From positions 32,001 to 96,000 of the forward strand of contig CAWBKP010000011.1 of NCBI GenBank assembly GCA_963789395.1: DNA of 64,000 bases, written 5' to 3'. The stretch is from an uncultured delta proteobacterium. GTDB lineage: Bacteria; Desulfobacterota; Desulfobacteria; Desulfobacterales; Desulfatirhabdiaceae. Numbering within the stretch: the stretch's first letter is position 1; each line of letters starts with the position of its first letter. The position numbers and the translations under genes are program-made. The notes beneath the pieces were generated by a model. That model searched no databases and had not been told where the DNA came from. It worked only from the letters and a program-made list of their open reading frames with translations. Below are positions 29,345 through 40,082 of the stretch, piece after piece.

Positions 29345-30484
29345 ATGGATAAACCCACCGAATCTATCCTCCTGGTAGACGATCAACCGGCCAACCTTCA
29401 GTTGCTTTCTCAGACACTGGAGAACCTCGGGTGCAAATTGCTGTTTGCAAAAAACGGCGAATCGGCCCTGGCGATTGCACAAAAAGCGCTTCCGGATCTC
29501 ATTTTGCTGGACATCATGATGCCGGGAATCGACGGATTTGAAGTATGCCAACGGTTGAAAAAAAATCCGGACACCCGGAAAATTCCCGTGATTTTTCTTT
29601 CCGCCCTGGATGAGACCGGAGACAAGGTGCGCGGACTGCAGCTCGGAGCTGTCGACTATGTCGCCAAGCCATTCCAGCCAGAGGAAGTGATCGCCCGCGT
29701 GAACACCCACCTGACCATTCACCGGCTGAACAGCGAAGTGCAGCAGCAGCGGGACGAACTCGAGCACGAACTGCAGGTCGTTTCGCAACTCCAGCGAAAT
29801 CTGCTGCCCGAGCGGCTGCCCGAAATCACCGGGTTGACACTGGCTGTTCATTATGAAACCAGCCGGTATACAGGCGGTGATTATTACGATGTGGCCGCGC
29901 TTCCGGACGGCCGGCTGGCCTTTCTGGTGGCCGATGCGGAAGGCCACAGCGCACCTGCGACAGTCATGATGGCCATGACCTGCGCCTTGTTCCGCTCCTG
30001 TTCAACCTGTCTGGGAGAGCCGGATCAGATGCTTTCCTACCTCAACGAAAATCTGTGCAAGGTAAACAAGGGAAGCTTTGTCACGGCGATATACGCTGTT
30101 TACGATCCACCTTCCGGAATAATCAAAATGGCACGTGCCGGCAATCCGCTGCCCATCCGCTACAGACCCTCGGAGAGATCGGCGACAGAGCTGCCCTGTG
30201 AGGGCGTGCTGATCATGGGCATAGAGCCTTACACCGAGGTCCCGGTTACCGAGGTCACGCTCCAACCCGGCGACAGATTGCTCTTTTATACAGACGGTGT
30301 CACCGACCGATTCAGCGAAAAGCGGGAACCCTACGGAACAACCCGCCTGTTGCAGCAATTTGCTGCTGCCGGCACTGGTGACCCTGCCGGCACCCTCAAG
30401 GGCATTATCGATGATCTGTCCCGGTTCGCCGGGAACCGCCCGGCCGACGACGATCAGGCGATGCTGATGATTGCCGTCGAATAG
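29345..30484 (+). CDS. Response regulator + PP2C/SpoIIE phosphatase (RsbU-like)
   Basis: REC domain (LVDD, LLDIMMP) followed by GGDYYD, ADAEGH, YTDGVTD and DDQA. Confidence 0.92.
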   Translation: MDKPTESILLVDDQPANLQLLSQTLENLGCKLLFAKNGESALAIAQKALPDLILLDIMMPGIDGFEVCQRLKKNPDTRKIPVIFLSALDETGDKVRGLQLGAVDYVAKPFQPEEVIARVNTHLTIHRLNSEVQQQRDELEHELQVVSQLQRNLLPERLPEITGLTLAVHYETSRYTGGDYYDVAALPDGRLAFLVADAEGHSAPATVMMAMTCALFRSCSTCLGEPDQMLSYLNENLCKVNKGSFVTAIYAVYDPPSGIIKMARAGNPLPIRYRPSERSATELPCEGVLIMGIEPYTEVPVTEVTLQPGDRLLFYTDGVTDRFSEKREPYGTTRLLQQFAAAGTGDPAGTLKGIIDDLSRFAGNRPADDDQAMLMIAVE

Positions 30485-30568
30485 CATTCGCGCGGCTTCC
30501 CCCGGGCAGTGCCGACGCACGGATTCACAGTTGCACGAAGATGCTGTAAACAGTCCGGATGAAAGGAT

Positions 30569-33500
30569 ATGGCTGTCTTGAGACGAACCAGAAAATCGAG
30601 AACAGGCAGGAAGGCGGCAGGGAGCCGGGGCGCCGAAGATACCGGTCGGGAGGATGCGGAATTGACGCCGTACGCTAGCCGATCTGGAAACCCTGCTGGC
30701 GGAACGAACCGAAAAGCTCCGGCAATCCGAAGAATACAGCCGCCTCATCCTGCAATCGGTGGCCGAAGGGATTTTCGGCACCGATACAGAAGGCCGGTGC
30801 ACCTTTGTCAATGAAGCTGCGCAGACGATGCTCGGCTACGCTTCCGATGAAATCCTCGGCAACGATGTGCACGACCAGTTCCACAATTGGAATCCCGACG
30901 GCACTCTGCACCCGCGACAGGACTGCCCGATTTATCTTGCCTACACACAGGGAATCACCCGGTTCCGGAGGGACGAGGTCTTCTGGCGCAAGGACGGATC
31001 GTGTTTTGATGTTTCCTACACCAGCGTTCCGCAGCGAAAAGGGGATGCGATCATCGGCTCGGTCGTGGTGTTCCGCGACATTACCGATCGCAAAAAAGGC
31101 GAAGATGCGCTGCGTGAAAGCGAATACCGTCTCCAGTCGATTCTGGCTACTTCCAATGAAGGGTTCTGGTGGATAAACAATGACGGGGTTACTCTTTCCG
31201 TAAATGATGCCATGTGTAAAATTCTCGGCAGGCCCGCGGAGAAGATACTCGGTAGAACGGTGTTCGAGTTCCTGGATGCGAAAAATCTTTTGATCATGAA
31301 GGAGCAGCTCCGACTAAGGGCAGTGGGTGAAACCGGCGTCTACGAGATCGCCCTCAGCAGGCCGGATGGTTCCAACGTGCCCTGTCTGTTCCACGCAACC
31401 CCGTTTTACGACAAAAACAGGATAAAAACCGGCTCCTTCGCCATGGTAACCGATATCATCGAGCGCAAGCGGATGGAAGCGGAACTCATCGAAGCCAGGA
31501 ATAATGCCTTGACCGCCACCCGTGCCAAAGGGGATTTTCTGGCCAACATGAGCCATGAAATCCGCACGCCCATGAACGCTATCCTGGGGATGGCGCATCT
31601 GGCTCTCAAAACGGATCTGACACCGAAGCAACGGGACTACCTTAACAAAATCCAGCTTTCCGCCCACTCCCTTCTGGGAGTTATCAACGACATTCTGGAT
31701 TTTTCCAAGATCGAGGCCGGAAAGCTGAGCATGGAATCCATCGGCTTTAATCTGGATGAAGTCTTGGAGAACCTGGCCACGCTGATAACGGTCAAAGCCC
31801 AGGAAAAGGAAGGGATTGAAATCTTATTCAGCACCGACGCCAATGTGCCCCGCTCGCTGGTGGGAGATCCCCTGCGGTTAAGTCAAATACTGACAAACCT
31901 GCTCAACAACGCCGTCAAGTTCACCAATCATGGTGAAATCGTGGTTTCAGCGGAGCTCTTTGATATGGGGACGTATCGTGCGGAAATAAAATTCTCCGTG
32001 CGCGATACCGGCATCGGTATGACCGGGGAGCAGGTGTCGCGCCTGTTCACCCCTTTCACCCAGGCAGACTCCTCAATCACCCGCAAGTATGGCGGCACCG
32101 GGTTGGGTCTTACCATCAGTCAGCGGATCGTGGAGATGATGGGCGGACGGATCTGGGTAGAGAGCACACCGGGAGTCGGCAGTACGTTCTTCTTTACGGC
32201 CATTTTCGATATCGGCTTGGATGAAAGCCGGCTCTGCCACCTTCCTCCGGCGGATCTAAAGGGTATTAAAGCGCTGGTTGTGGATGATAACCCGACATCC
32301 CGGGAAATTTTCCAGAAGATGCTGGAGTCTTTCACTTTCAAAGTCACCCTGGCCGCATCCGGAGAAGAAGGGCTTAACGAAATTGAAAAGTCCATCGGAA
32401 AGAGACCGTTCGACATCGTGGTCATGGATTGGAAAATGCCGGGAATTGACGGTTTCGAGGCCGCAAGACGGATTAAACAGGATTCCCGGCTGACCAGGGT
32501 CCCCATCATTGTACTGGTCAGCGCCTACGGACGAGAAGAACTCATGTGGCGGGCAGAGGCGGCCGGACTTGACGGCTTTTTGATCAAACCGATAAGTCCA
32601 TCGGTGATGTTTGATACCATCATACAGGCACTGACAAAAGACACCTCCAGGGAATCCAGACCTTTTGATCGGAAAGTTCCGGCTTTGGATAGGTTGATGG
32701 GTCTTGAAGGCACCCGTGTTCTGATCGTTGAAGACAACGATCTCAACCAGCAGGTCGCTATGGAAATCCTTGCCGGTGCGGGAATGATCGTGTCCCTGGC
32801 CGGCAACGGGCAGGAAGCCCTGGATGCGGTGCAGGCCAATCACTACGATGCCATCCTGATGGATGTCCAGATGCCGGTAATGGACGGCTACACCGCCACG
32901 CGGCTCATTCGCCGTGATTCTCGGTTCAGGGATCTGCCCATTATCGCAATGACCGCACATGCCATGGCCGGCGACCAGGAGAAGAGCGCCGCAGCCGGCA
33001 TGAACGATCATATCACCAAGCCCATTGATCCGGAACAGCTTTATGCCGTCCTGGCACGATGGATTTCAGCCTCCCCTGCCCCGGCCGGAGGAAAAGCCCG
33101 CCTAAGATGCTTCCGCAGGGTGCCGATGGAAAAGCCCCAGAAGATTCCGCCCCGACATCAGTGGAAGAAAAGCCGTTTCCGGATGCCCTGGAGGGGTTTG
33201 ACCTTGTGGATGGGCTTAAGCGCCTGCAGGGAAACAAAGCCCTCTACCGCAAGCTGTTGACGGGGTTTGCCGCCCGGTACGCTGAGTCAGCCGGCGAGAT
33301 CCGCCAGGCGCTGGATGCCGGGAACTATCGAAAGGCCCATGGCATGATTCATGACATCAAGGGACTGGCCGGCAACCTGGGAGCACTTTCCCTTCAGGCA
33401 GCGGCCGCGGAACTGGAAAAGCTCATCAAGCCCGCGGACGAAAAGAACCCGCCTCCCCCGGATGCCTTAAAGAGCGCATTCGCCGCCTTTGAAACGCGGA

Positions 33501-33799
33501 TGGATCTGGCCGTACGATCCTCCCAAATCATGAAACCCCTGTCAGCCAAACCAAGCCCCGCACCAACGGTTGAATCAACAGGGGAACTGCCGCCGGATCT
33601 GGCCAGAGAGGCCGCCGGAAAATTGCGAGAAGCCGCCGAAATGGGAGACATATCAGCACTGACAGCTATCGCCGAAGAGATGGCCTCCCGCTCAAAGCTC
33701 TTTGCCCCCTATCTGCTCAGAATTGCTCAACTGATCGACGATTTTGACTTTGATGGCATCCTCGGACTGGCCGATGATCTGAATAAAACGCAGAGGTGA
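30569..33799 (+). CDS. Hybrid sensor kinase PAS-PAS-HisKA-HATPase-REC-REC-Hpt (frameshifts near 30676 and 33100)
   Basis: [27 protein letters not shown], two REC domains and the Hpt motif [12 protein letters not shown]. Confidence 0.9.
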
Positions 33800-33835
33800 A
33801 TGTGAACGCTGCACCTCAACTCGTGAAGGATTGTC

Positions 33836-34633
33836 ATGTGGTTAAACGCATCCTGCTTTCTTGAATTCCAAATTCCGGTTCCAACTCCGTTTTTACTCAT
33901 GCTGCGCCCCCGGAGTGGTCGGCAGCAGTGGATCGCACGTGAAGAGTACGTGTTGTCACCCAGCGTAACGGCGGTCGAGTTTACAGACTCGTTCGGCAAC
34001 CTGTGTCAACGGCTGGTTGCACCAGCCGGGCATTTTTCACTGCGCACATCCGTTGATGTCGAAACCGCGGACGCATCCGACACGGCCCCAGGGGTGCCGT
34101 TTGTCGAAGTGCAGCAGTTGCCCGATGAGACCCTGCCTTTCCTGTATCCAAGCAGGTATTGTGAATCGGACCATTTCACTAAAATGGCTGCGTCGCTCGC
34201 AACCGGCCGGTCCCCCGGCTACGATCAATGCAATGCCATTGTTGATTATATCCGCAACTCGATACAGTACACACCAGGCGTCGGACAGCAGATCATCAGT
34301 GCCTCCGAGCTAAATCAGTTGGGAAGCGGAGTATGCCGGGACATGGCCCATTTGGGTATCGCTTGTTGCCGAGCACTATCGATACCTGCTCGCATGGTAG
34401 TGGGCTACCTTGAAGCACTTGAACCGATGGATTTACACGCTTGGTTCGAGGCCTATGTTGGAAATCGGTGGTACACATTCGATCCGACTCAAGCCGATCT
34501 GCAAGGAGGTCGTATTGCAATTGCTTTTGGTCGCGACGCGGCCGACGTTGCCATCTACACACAATTCGGCGACCCGGTGGAACTGCTAAATATGAACGTC
34601 AAAGTCGTACGAATGCCTGGACAGACATACTGA
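33836..34633 (+). CDS. Transglutaminase-like family protein
   Basis: [23 protein letters not shown] and WYTFDPT motifs. Confidence 0.9.
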   Translation: MWLNASCFLEFQIPVPTPFLLMLRPRSGRQQWIAREEYVLSPSVTAVEFTDSFGNLCQRLVAPAGHFSLRTSVDVETADASDTAPGVPFVEVQQLPDETLPFLYPSRYCESDHFTKMAASLATGRSPGYDQCNAIVDYIRNSIQYTPGVGQQIISASELNQLGSGVCRDMAHLGIACCRALSIPARMVVGYLEALEPMDLHAWFEAYVGNRWYTFDPTQADLQGGRIAIAFGRDAADVAIYTQFGDPVELLNMNVKVVRMPGQTY

Positions 34634-34660
34634 GGCAGGACATAGCAGCACCTTCAATCG

Positions 34661-34720
34661 GCGAACAATACTTTTTCAGCGGAGCGCAAAAAGCCTCGCC
34701 TGCTGAAAAGAGACGTTCGC
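34661..34720 (+). repeat. attC-like imperfect palindrome
   Basis: GCGAAC...CTTTTTCAGCGG...CTGCTGAAAAG...GTTCGC: AAC/GTT ends and one extra base in the left inner arm. Confidence 0.55.
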
Positions 34721-34754
34721 GGCTGCAAATTGATATTGACCTTGCCCATACAAT

Positions 34755-34776
34755 GTATTACTATTACCAGTAATAC
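34755..34776. promoter_or_regulatory. TA operon operator palindrome
   Basis: GTATTACT-attacc-AGTAATAC between TTGACC and the antitoxin RBS. Confidence 0.55.
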
Positions 34777-34796
34777 TAATTACCGGAGGTCAAATT

Positions 34797-35024
34797 ATGA
34801 GAGTAACCACAAAAGGTCAAGTTACAATTCCCCAGCACATTCGCGAAAAATTGGGAATTACCCCAGCAACAGAAGTTGATTTTGTCGAACAGGAAGGCCG
34901 CGTATTTTTAGTGAAACAAAAAGGGAAAAAAGCTGTGACCCGCAAGTTTGCAAAATTGCGTGGCATTGCAACCGTCAAAATGACGACAGATGAGATTATG
35001 GCATTAACGAGGGCGGATAGATGA
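34797..35024 (+). CDS. AbrB/MazE/SpoVT family antitoxin
   Basis: MRVTTKGQVTIPQHIREKLG N-terminus. Confidence 0.9.
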   Translation: MRVTTKGQVTIPQHIREKLGITPATEVDFVEQEGRVFLVKQKGKKAVTRKFAKLRGIATVKMTTDEIMALTRADR

Positions 35025-35428
35025 AGGGCCTTCTTGTTGACTCAAACGTTATTTTAGACCTTTTCCTTGATGATCCTAATTGGGCTGATTGGTCTGAATC
35101 TGCATTGGGAAATTATAGTGTTTACACAACGCTCTATATTAACCCAATTGTCTACACTGAAGTCTCTGTCGGTTTTGAAAAAATAGAGGAATTGGAGTCA
35201 GCTCTATATAAAGGCGGATTCCAGATGTTGGAAATTCCAAAAGAAGCGCTTTTCCTGGCCGGCAAAGCCTTCTTAAAATACAGAAGGAGCAAAGGTGCCA
35301 AGAATTCCCCCTTACCAGACTTTTTTATCGGTGCGCAGGCTGCTGTATTAGATCTTGAATTGATTACCCGAGATAAAAAAAGATACCAGATCTATTTCCC
35401 AACGGTCAAAATTATTTCTCCAGAATAA
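35021..35428 (+). CDS. vapC: VapC family PIN domain toxin
   Basis: LVDSNVILD, PLPDFFIGA and LITRD; overlaps the antitoxin stop codon. Confidence 0.9.
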   Translation: MKGLLVDSNVILDLFLDDPNWADWSESALGNYSVYTTLYINPIVYTEVSVGFEKIEELESALYKGGFQMLEIPKEALFLAGKAFLKYRRSKGAKNSPLPDFFIGAQAAVLDLELITRDKKRYQIYFPTVKIISPE

Positions 35429-35707
35429 AAGGGTGTTCATCGAATATTTGCTTTCACTGAGACGGCAAAAACCACCGCGCGCGAAGCTGCCGTTAGCTTT
35501 CCTTACTTTTCGCATGACCAGTTTTTCCACCATTTTCCGCACTCGCATCAAAATGCTTGCACATTCTCAAAAAAATGACCATTGAGCATCATCCTTTCCG
35601 ACTTAGAAACCAGTAAATTGGGAACAATCGAGACACTCTATGGCGTCTATCAGTGGTAAGGTTACGGTGTTCGGTGGGGCCCAGATGTTTCTTTTCGGTG
35701 ACAACAT

Positions 35708-36769
35708 ATGATGAAATTGAGTGATATGGGTTTCGACCAATGGTTTCAATCGCATGCCAGTGACTTGCGTCAAGAGGGCCGGGACATTGCGCGTATATCG
35801 GCAGTTGACCGCGGCGCATACCTCATCAGAAATCAAACCAGGGAAGTCCCGGCTGAACTCGCCGGGAAGTTCTATTTCCAGGTAGAATCTTCGATTGACC
35901 TGCCGTGTGTCGGCGATTGGGTGACAGTGCAATATCACAACAACGACGCTGCAGCAATTATTCATGAGGTGTTTCCGAGAAAGACCTTTCTACGCCGAAA
36001 ATCCGCCGGTGAAAAGGTGGATTTCCAGATGATTGCGGCCAACATTGACGTCGCTTTCATTGTCCAGTCGTGCCACTTCGACTTCAACGTGCGGAGAATG
36101 GATCGGTACTTGGTGATGGCAGCAGACGGGGGTGTTGAACCGATTGTTGTTCTTACCAAGACGGATTTGATCGCCCCTGAAGAACTGGAACAGAAGCTTG
36201 CCGCCATTACGTCGAGCACCATTACAGCCAGGGTCCTTGCCCTCAGCAATATCACGGGTATCGGGTTTGACGAATTCCAGCAGGTGTTAGTCTCGGGAAG
36301 AACATATTGTCTGCTCGGTTCATCGGGGGTTGGCAAAACAACACTCCTCAACCGCCTGATCGGGCAGGACGCTTTTGACACAAAGGCCGTTAGTGGAACG
36401 GGAGAAGGCATGCATACGACTTCGCGCCGCCAGCTTATTGTTCTTAATCAAGGTTCCATGTTGATTGATACGCCTGGAATGCGAGAACTGGGCCTTGTCG
36501 GTGTGAGCGAAGGGGTCAACCAAGGCTTTGAAGACATCGTCCAGCTTTCCCTGAATTGCCGCTATCCGAATTGTGGCCACACGCAGGAACCCGGCTGTGC
36601 GGTCCGAGCCGCAGTCACAAGCGGCACATTGACTGAAGATCGCTATTCCAGCTATATAAAGCTTAAGAAGGAGTCGGAGTACCATGAGCTGTCGCACATA
36701 GACAAACGGAAAAAGGATAGAGCATTCGGACACTTGATCAAATCTGCAAAGAAACAAATGAAGGTCTGA
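35708..36769 (+). CDS. rsgA: Ribosome small subunit-dependent GTPase A
   Basis: VGDWV, AANID, LTKTD, GSSGVGKTT, HTT, DTPGMRE and CRYPNCGHTQEPGC. Confidence 0.93.
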   Translation: MMKLSDMGFDQWFQSHASDLRQEGRDIARISAVDRGAYLIRNQTREVPAELAGKFYFQVESSIDLPCVGDWVTVQYHNNDAAAIIHEVFPRKTFLRRKSAGEKVDFQMIAANIDVAFIVQSCHFDFNVRRMDRYLVMAADGGVEPIVVLTKTDLIAPEELEQKLAAITSSTITARVLALSNITGIGFDEFQQVLVSGRTYCLLGSSGVGKTTLLNRLIGQDAFDTKAVSGTGEGMHTTSRRQLIVLNQGSMLIDTPGMRELGLVGVSEGVNQGFEDIVQLSLNCRYPNCGHTQEPGCAVRAAVTSGTLTEDRYSSYIKLKKESEYHELSHIDKRKKDRAFGHLIKSAKKQMKV

Positions 36770-36776
36770 AATGGGC

Positions 36777-36833
36777 GCCGAATTATTTAATGGAGCCGAC
36801 TTTCTACAGCCGCGGCTCATCACGGCGTTGACA
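36777..36833 (+). repeat. Degenerate attC-like palindrome
   Basis: AT(G)GAGCCG...CGGCTCAT with an extrahelical G, then GTTGACA; the left AAC has decayed to AAT. Confidence 0.45.
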
Positions 36834-36883
36834 TCATGACAACATTTAAGAAGAGTAAAAATATTGTAGCAGCTAAACTGAAA

Positions 36884-38841
36884 CTTGGATTTCGCTTGTT
36901 ACGATTTCGGGTTAGCTTATTTATGCTGCCTAATCAGTGATCACAGAGCTCTTGAATAAATATGTTAAGATATCAATAAGATATAACATGCTAAAATAAT
37001 TGAAAATAAAACTAGACTTTTTTGATAAACTAGTATATGAAGCCATATCAATAACTTATTGGAGGCTTCATCATGAAAGCGATACCACTACCACCGGTAG
37101 AAACTCAGGCCATCGGATTCGCCCCAATTCTGAAGTTCTTTTTTGAAGAATCGGGCGTACAAACAATTATCGACCAACACGTTCCACTTGACCCCCGAAG
37201 AAAAATATTGACCCATGGTCAGGCTTCGGTAGCCATGGTTACCGCCGTATTATGTCAGGTGTTCCAAATGTATCGACTATGTCAGTTTGCCGAAAAATCA
37301 CAGATTCTCAATATCATCTTCCCCGATATTGCGTCCAAAGAGTATTTCGATGACAGACTGGCTGATACCCTGGATGCAATATACGATTATGGTATCGGAA
37401 ACCTTGAAATGCTCATCACCCGGCACATGATCAATCATTTTGATATTCGAACCACCGTTGCCCATAATGATACCACATCGGCATCAACGTTTGGAAACTG
37501 CGATAAGCATCCGGGTGAGGGCATCACGATCACCTATGGTTACAGCAAAAAGCATCGCCAAGACCTCAAACAATTTGTCTGGTCATTGTCTGTCAGCAAC
37601 GATGCAGCCTTTCCCTTGTACCAACAAGCTTACAGCGGAAACACCGCCGATGTGAGCACTTATGTGGAACAATGGCAGCATCTGATTGATCTTCTGGATG
37701 ACCGCGGTTTTCTGTATGTGGGTGACTGCAAACTGGCATCTATCGATAACATGGCCCACATCCATGACAATCAGGGGTTCTTTCTGACACCAGCGCCCAT
37801 GTATTCAACTTATGAAAAGGTTTTTGAAAATGCGCTGCAAAATCACACCGAGGAAACACTCATACCTTACAAGGAGCGTTTCAACCGGGGTTTTGAGACT
37901 CCATTGACGATTGCTCATAATGACAAAGAGTATCCGTTTCGAATGATCATTCTTTTTGATCACGGTCTTTGCTTCCGAACCCGGCAAACGCTCAATCGAC
38001 ATGTTGAAAAGACCCGAAAGCAGTTCGATGACCTGGTGCTAAAACTGGGCACCTATCATCTGAAAACCCATGAAGGCATCGAAAAAGCCTGCCAAGGCAT
38101 TCTGAGGAAAAACAAATCTCAGAACTTTTTCGAATTTGAAATCCACAACGAGCCTGTCATCACCTTCAAAAACAAACGCCGAGGCCGGGCTTCAAAAAAT
38201 GGAGATGAAAAAGTTGCCGTCACAACGAATCATTTCTCTGTCAAGCTGATCTTCCATCAAGAGCACTTCGATAAGGCGCTTGGGCGATGCGGTTATTATC
38301 CGCTGATTACCAACAAAAACGACATCTCAATAGAAGAAGCCATGCAGTTTCACAAAGACCAGTACAAAAATGAGCACACCAATCGCAGAGCCAAAAGCAG
38401 CTTGAATCTTGAACCAATTTATCTGCAAACACCCAAAAGAATTGAAGCCTTGCTCTTTTTGTTTAAGATTGCTCTGCAAGTGGCGGTACTGATCGAACGC
38501 AGTGCTCGAGAAAAGATAAAATCCAGAGACAAAGGCCTCGATAATTTCATGCCCAACCGTAAAAACGTAAAAAATCCAACCACAGAAAATCTTCTGGCCG
38601 AGTTCAAGGATATTGTCAAAGGAATCATCGAACTGCCTTCGGGAGAAACATTCGGGTTTATATCCAAACTGACGGATATCCAAAAAGACATCCTGGCGGT
38701 TTTGGGTATCCCCCAAAATTATTTCAACTACGCCTTTCTGTTTAATTCAACCTGATGGCAAATTGAAACTGGCAAGAGTTGGCAACCGAACTCAGGTTGC
38801 AGAAAATAAAAATTTTCAAAAATCAAAGAGCGAAATCCAAG
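36884..38841 (+). mobile_element. IS1634-family insertion sequence (1958 bp)
   Basis: 13-bp TIRs CTTGGATTTCGCT / AGCGAAATCCAAG and 6-bp target duplication CTGAAA (36878-36883, 38842-38847). Confidence 0.88.
37073..38755 (+). CDS. IS1634-family DDE transposase
   Basis: HNDTTS, GYSKKHRQDLKQ, GNTADV, YVGDCKL and PIYLQTPKRIEA motifs. Confidence 0.9.
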   Translation: MKAIPLPPVETQAIGFAPILKFFFEESGVQTIIDQHVPLDPRRKILTHGQASVAMVTAVLCQVFQMYRLCQFAEKSQILNIIFPDIASKEYFDDRLADTLDAIYDYGIGNLEMLITRHMINHFDIRTTVAHNDTTSASTFGNCDKHPGEGITITYGYSKKHRQDLKQFVWSLSVSNDAAFPLYQQAYSGNTADVSTYVEQWQHLIDLLDDRGFLYVGDCKLASIDNMAHIHDNQGFFLTPAPMYSTYEKVFENALQNHTEETLIPYKERFNRGFETPLTIAHNDKEYPFRMIILFDHGLCFRTRQTLNRHVEKTRKQFDDLVLKLGTYHLKTHEGIEKACQGILRKNKSQNFFEFEIHNEPVITFKNKRRGRASKNGDEKVAVTTNHFSVKLIFHQEHFDKALGRCGYYPLITNKNDISIEEAMQFHKDQYKNEHTNRRAKSSLNLEPIYLQTPKRIEALLFLFKIALQVAVLIERSAREKIKSRDKGLDNFMPNRKNVKNPTTENLLAEFKDIVKGIIELPSGETFGFISKLTDIQKDILAVLGIPQNYFNYAFLFNST

Positions 38842-38860
38842 CTGAAACGGAATATCGGAA

Positions 38861-39484
38861 ATGACCGATTTTATCACTACCGGAATCGTATTGGGTTTAT
38901 CTGCTGGCTTAGCTCCCGGCCCGCTGCTGACTCTTGTAATTTCCGAAACTCTCCGACATGACATAAGGGCCGGTATCAGAGTCGCTGTTTCGCCGATTTT
39001 CACCGATCTGCCGATAATCATTCTGACTCTGGCTGTTCTTTCACAATTGTCCGGTTTTCACAATATACTCGGAATTATCTCGCTGATCGGAGGCTGTGTG
39101 ATATTATTCATGGGGTATGAAAGCATGAATCCGAAAAGTTCCGAATCCGATCTTTCGGAAACAGAACCGAAATCCTTGATAAAAGGAATATTGGCAAATG
39201 CTCTCAGCCCACACCCTTATCTCTTCTGGTTCAGTGTCGGCGGTCCAATCATGAACAGAGCAATGAATCTGAACATGGCTGCCCCTTTCGCTTTTATCGC
39301 CAGTTTTTACATTTTGCTGATCGGCTCAAAAATTTTACTGGCTGTATTGGTCGGCAAATCAAAATCTTTTCTGAACGGCTCTTTGTATTTATACTCAATG
39401 CGTTTATTGGGTCTGGCATTATGCATTCTGTCACTTCTGCTTTTCCGAGATGGCTTGAAATTATTGGAAATAATAATTTTCTGA
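38861..39484 (+). CDS. LysE family translocator
   Basis: GLSAGLAPGP, TDLPII and NALSPHPYLFW motifs. Confidence 0.88.
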   Translation: MTDFITTGIVLGLSAGLAPGPLLTLVISETLRHDIRAGIRVAVSPIFTDLPIIILTLAVLSQLSGFHNILGIISLIGGCVILFMGYESMNPKSSESDLSETEPKSLIKGILANALSPHPYLFWFSVGGPIMNRAMNLNMAAPFAFIASFYILLIGSKILLAVLVGKSKSFLNGSLYLYSMRLLGLALCILSLLLFRDGLKLLEIIIF

Positions 39485-39529
39485 TTTATCAGCGGCAAAC
39501 AGAATATAAACCGGCTATAATGTCGTGAG

Positions 39530-39615
39530 GCGGAACCCGGCGCTGCACTCGGGCACAAAGGGTTCCGGTCGCTGCGATCCCTGCATCCTTAGTGCCGGTG
39601 AGCATAATGTTGTAC
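39530..39615 (+). repeat. attC-like imperfect palindrome
   Basis: GGAAC-ccggc-GCT(G)CAC...GGCAC...GTGCC-G-GTGAGC-ataat-GTTGTAC; extrahelical G in the left inner box. Confidence 0.55.
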
Positions 39616-40082
39616 ATTGAATGAAACTTGAGATAATCGGCCTGAGACAGTTCGACATATTTTTTTTAACTTCAGAGCACTGCTCATCCTAACCATTTCC
39701 ATGGGAGAGGCACCTTATGAAAGCGACAAGACCTGATCGAGGCATTTCGGTACGAGGCGAGCGGTGCGCATTTCGGCAAAATCTGCATCGAAGTGTGAAT
39801 TGATACGCGAGCAGTGTTTTAATGCAGTAAAGAAATGACGAATGGGCCGTATTTTGCCTTAATGATATCATTTTGTGGGGAAAATGGACTTATAAAAAAT
39901 GGCCAACAATAACATTCTGCGGGCAAGCTGCAGCTGTTACTGTCCAAATTTTCAAGTCTTCGGAAATACCAGGCCATTGGTCCTTGTATTGATCGGGGGG
40001 GGATATGAACGAGTAAGAAACAAGCTACTGAAGCAATTCTGAGGGCACAGGCTGAACTGGAGCAAGCGCTTTGCGAGCTTGA

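Noticed and set aside
5056..34633. Other TGA stops (for example 5056, 18661, 22417, 34631) as selenocysteine codons
   Set aside because: They fall at natural protein ends or ATGA overlaps, with no Cys-motif context or conserved downstream frame.
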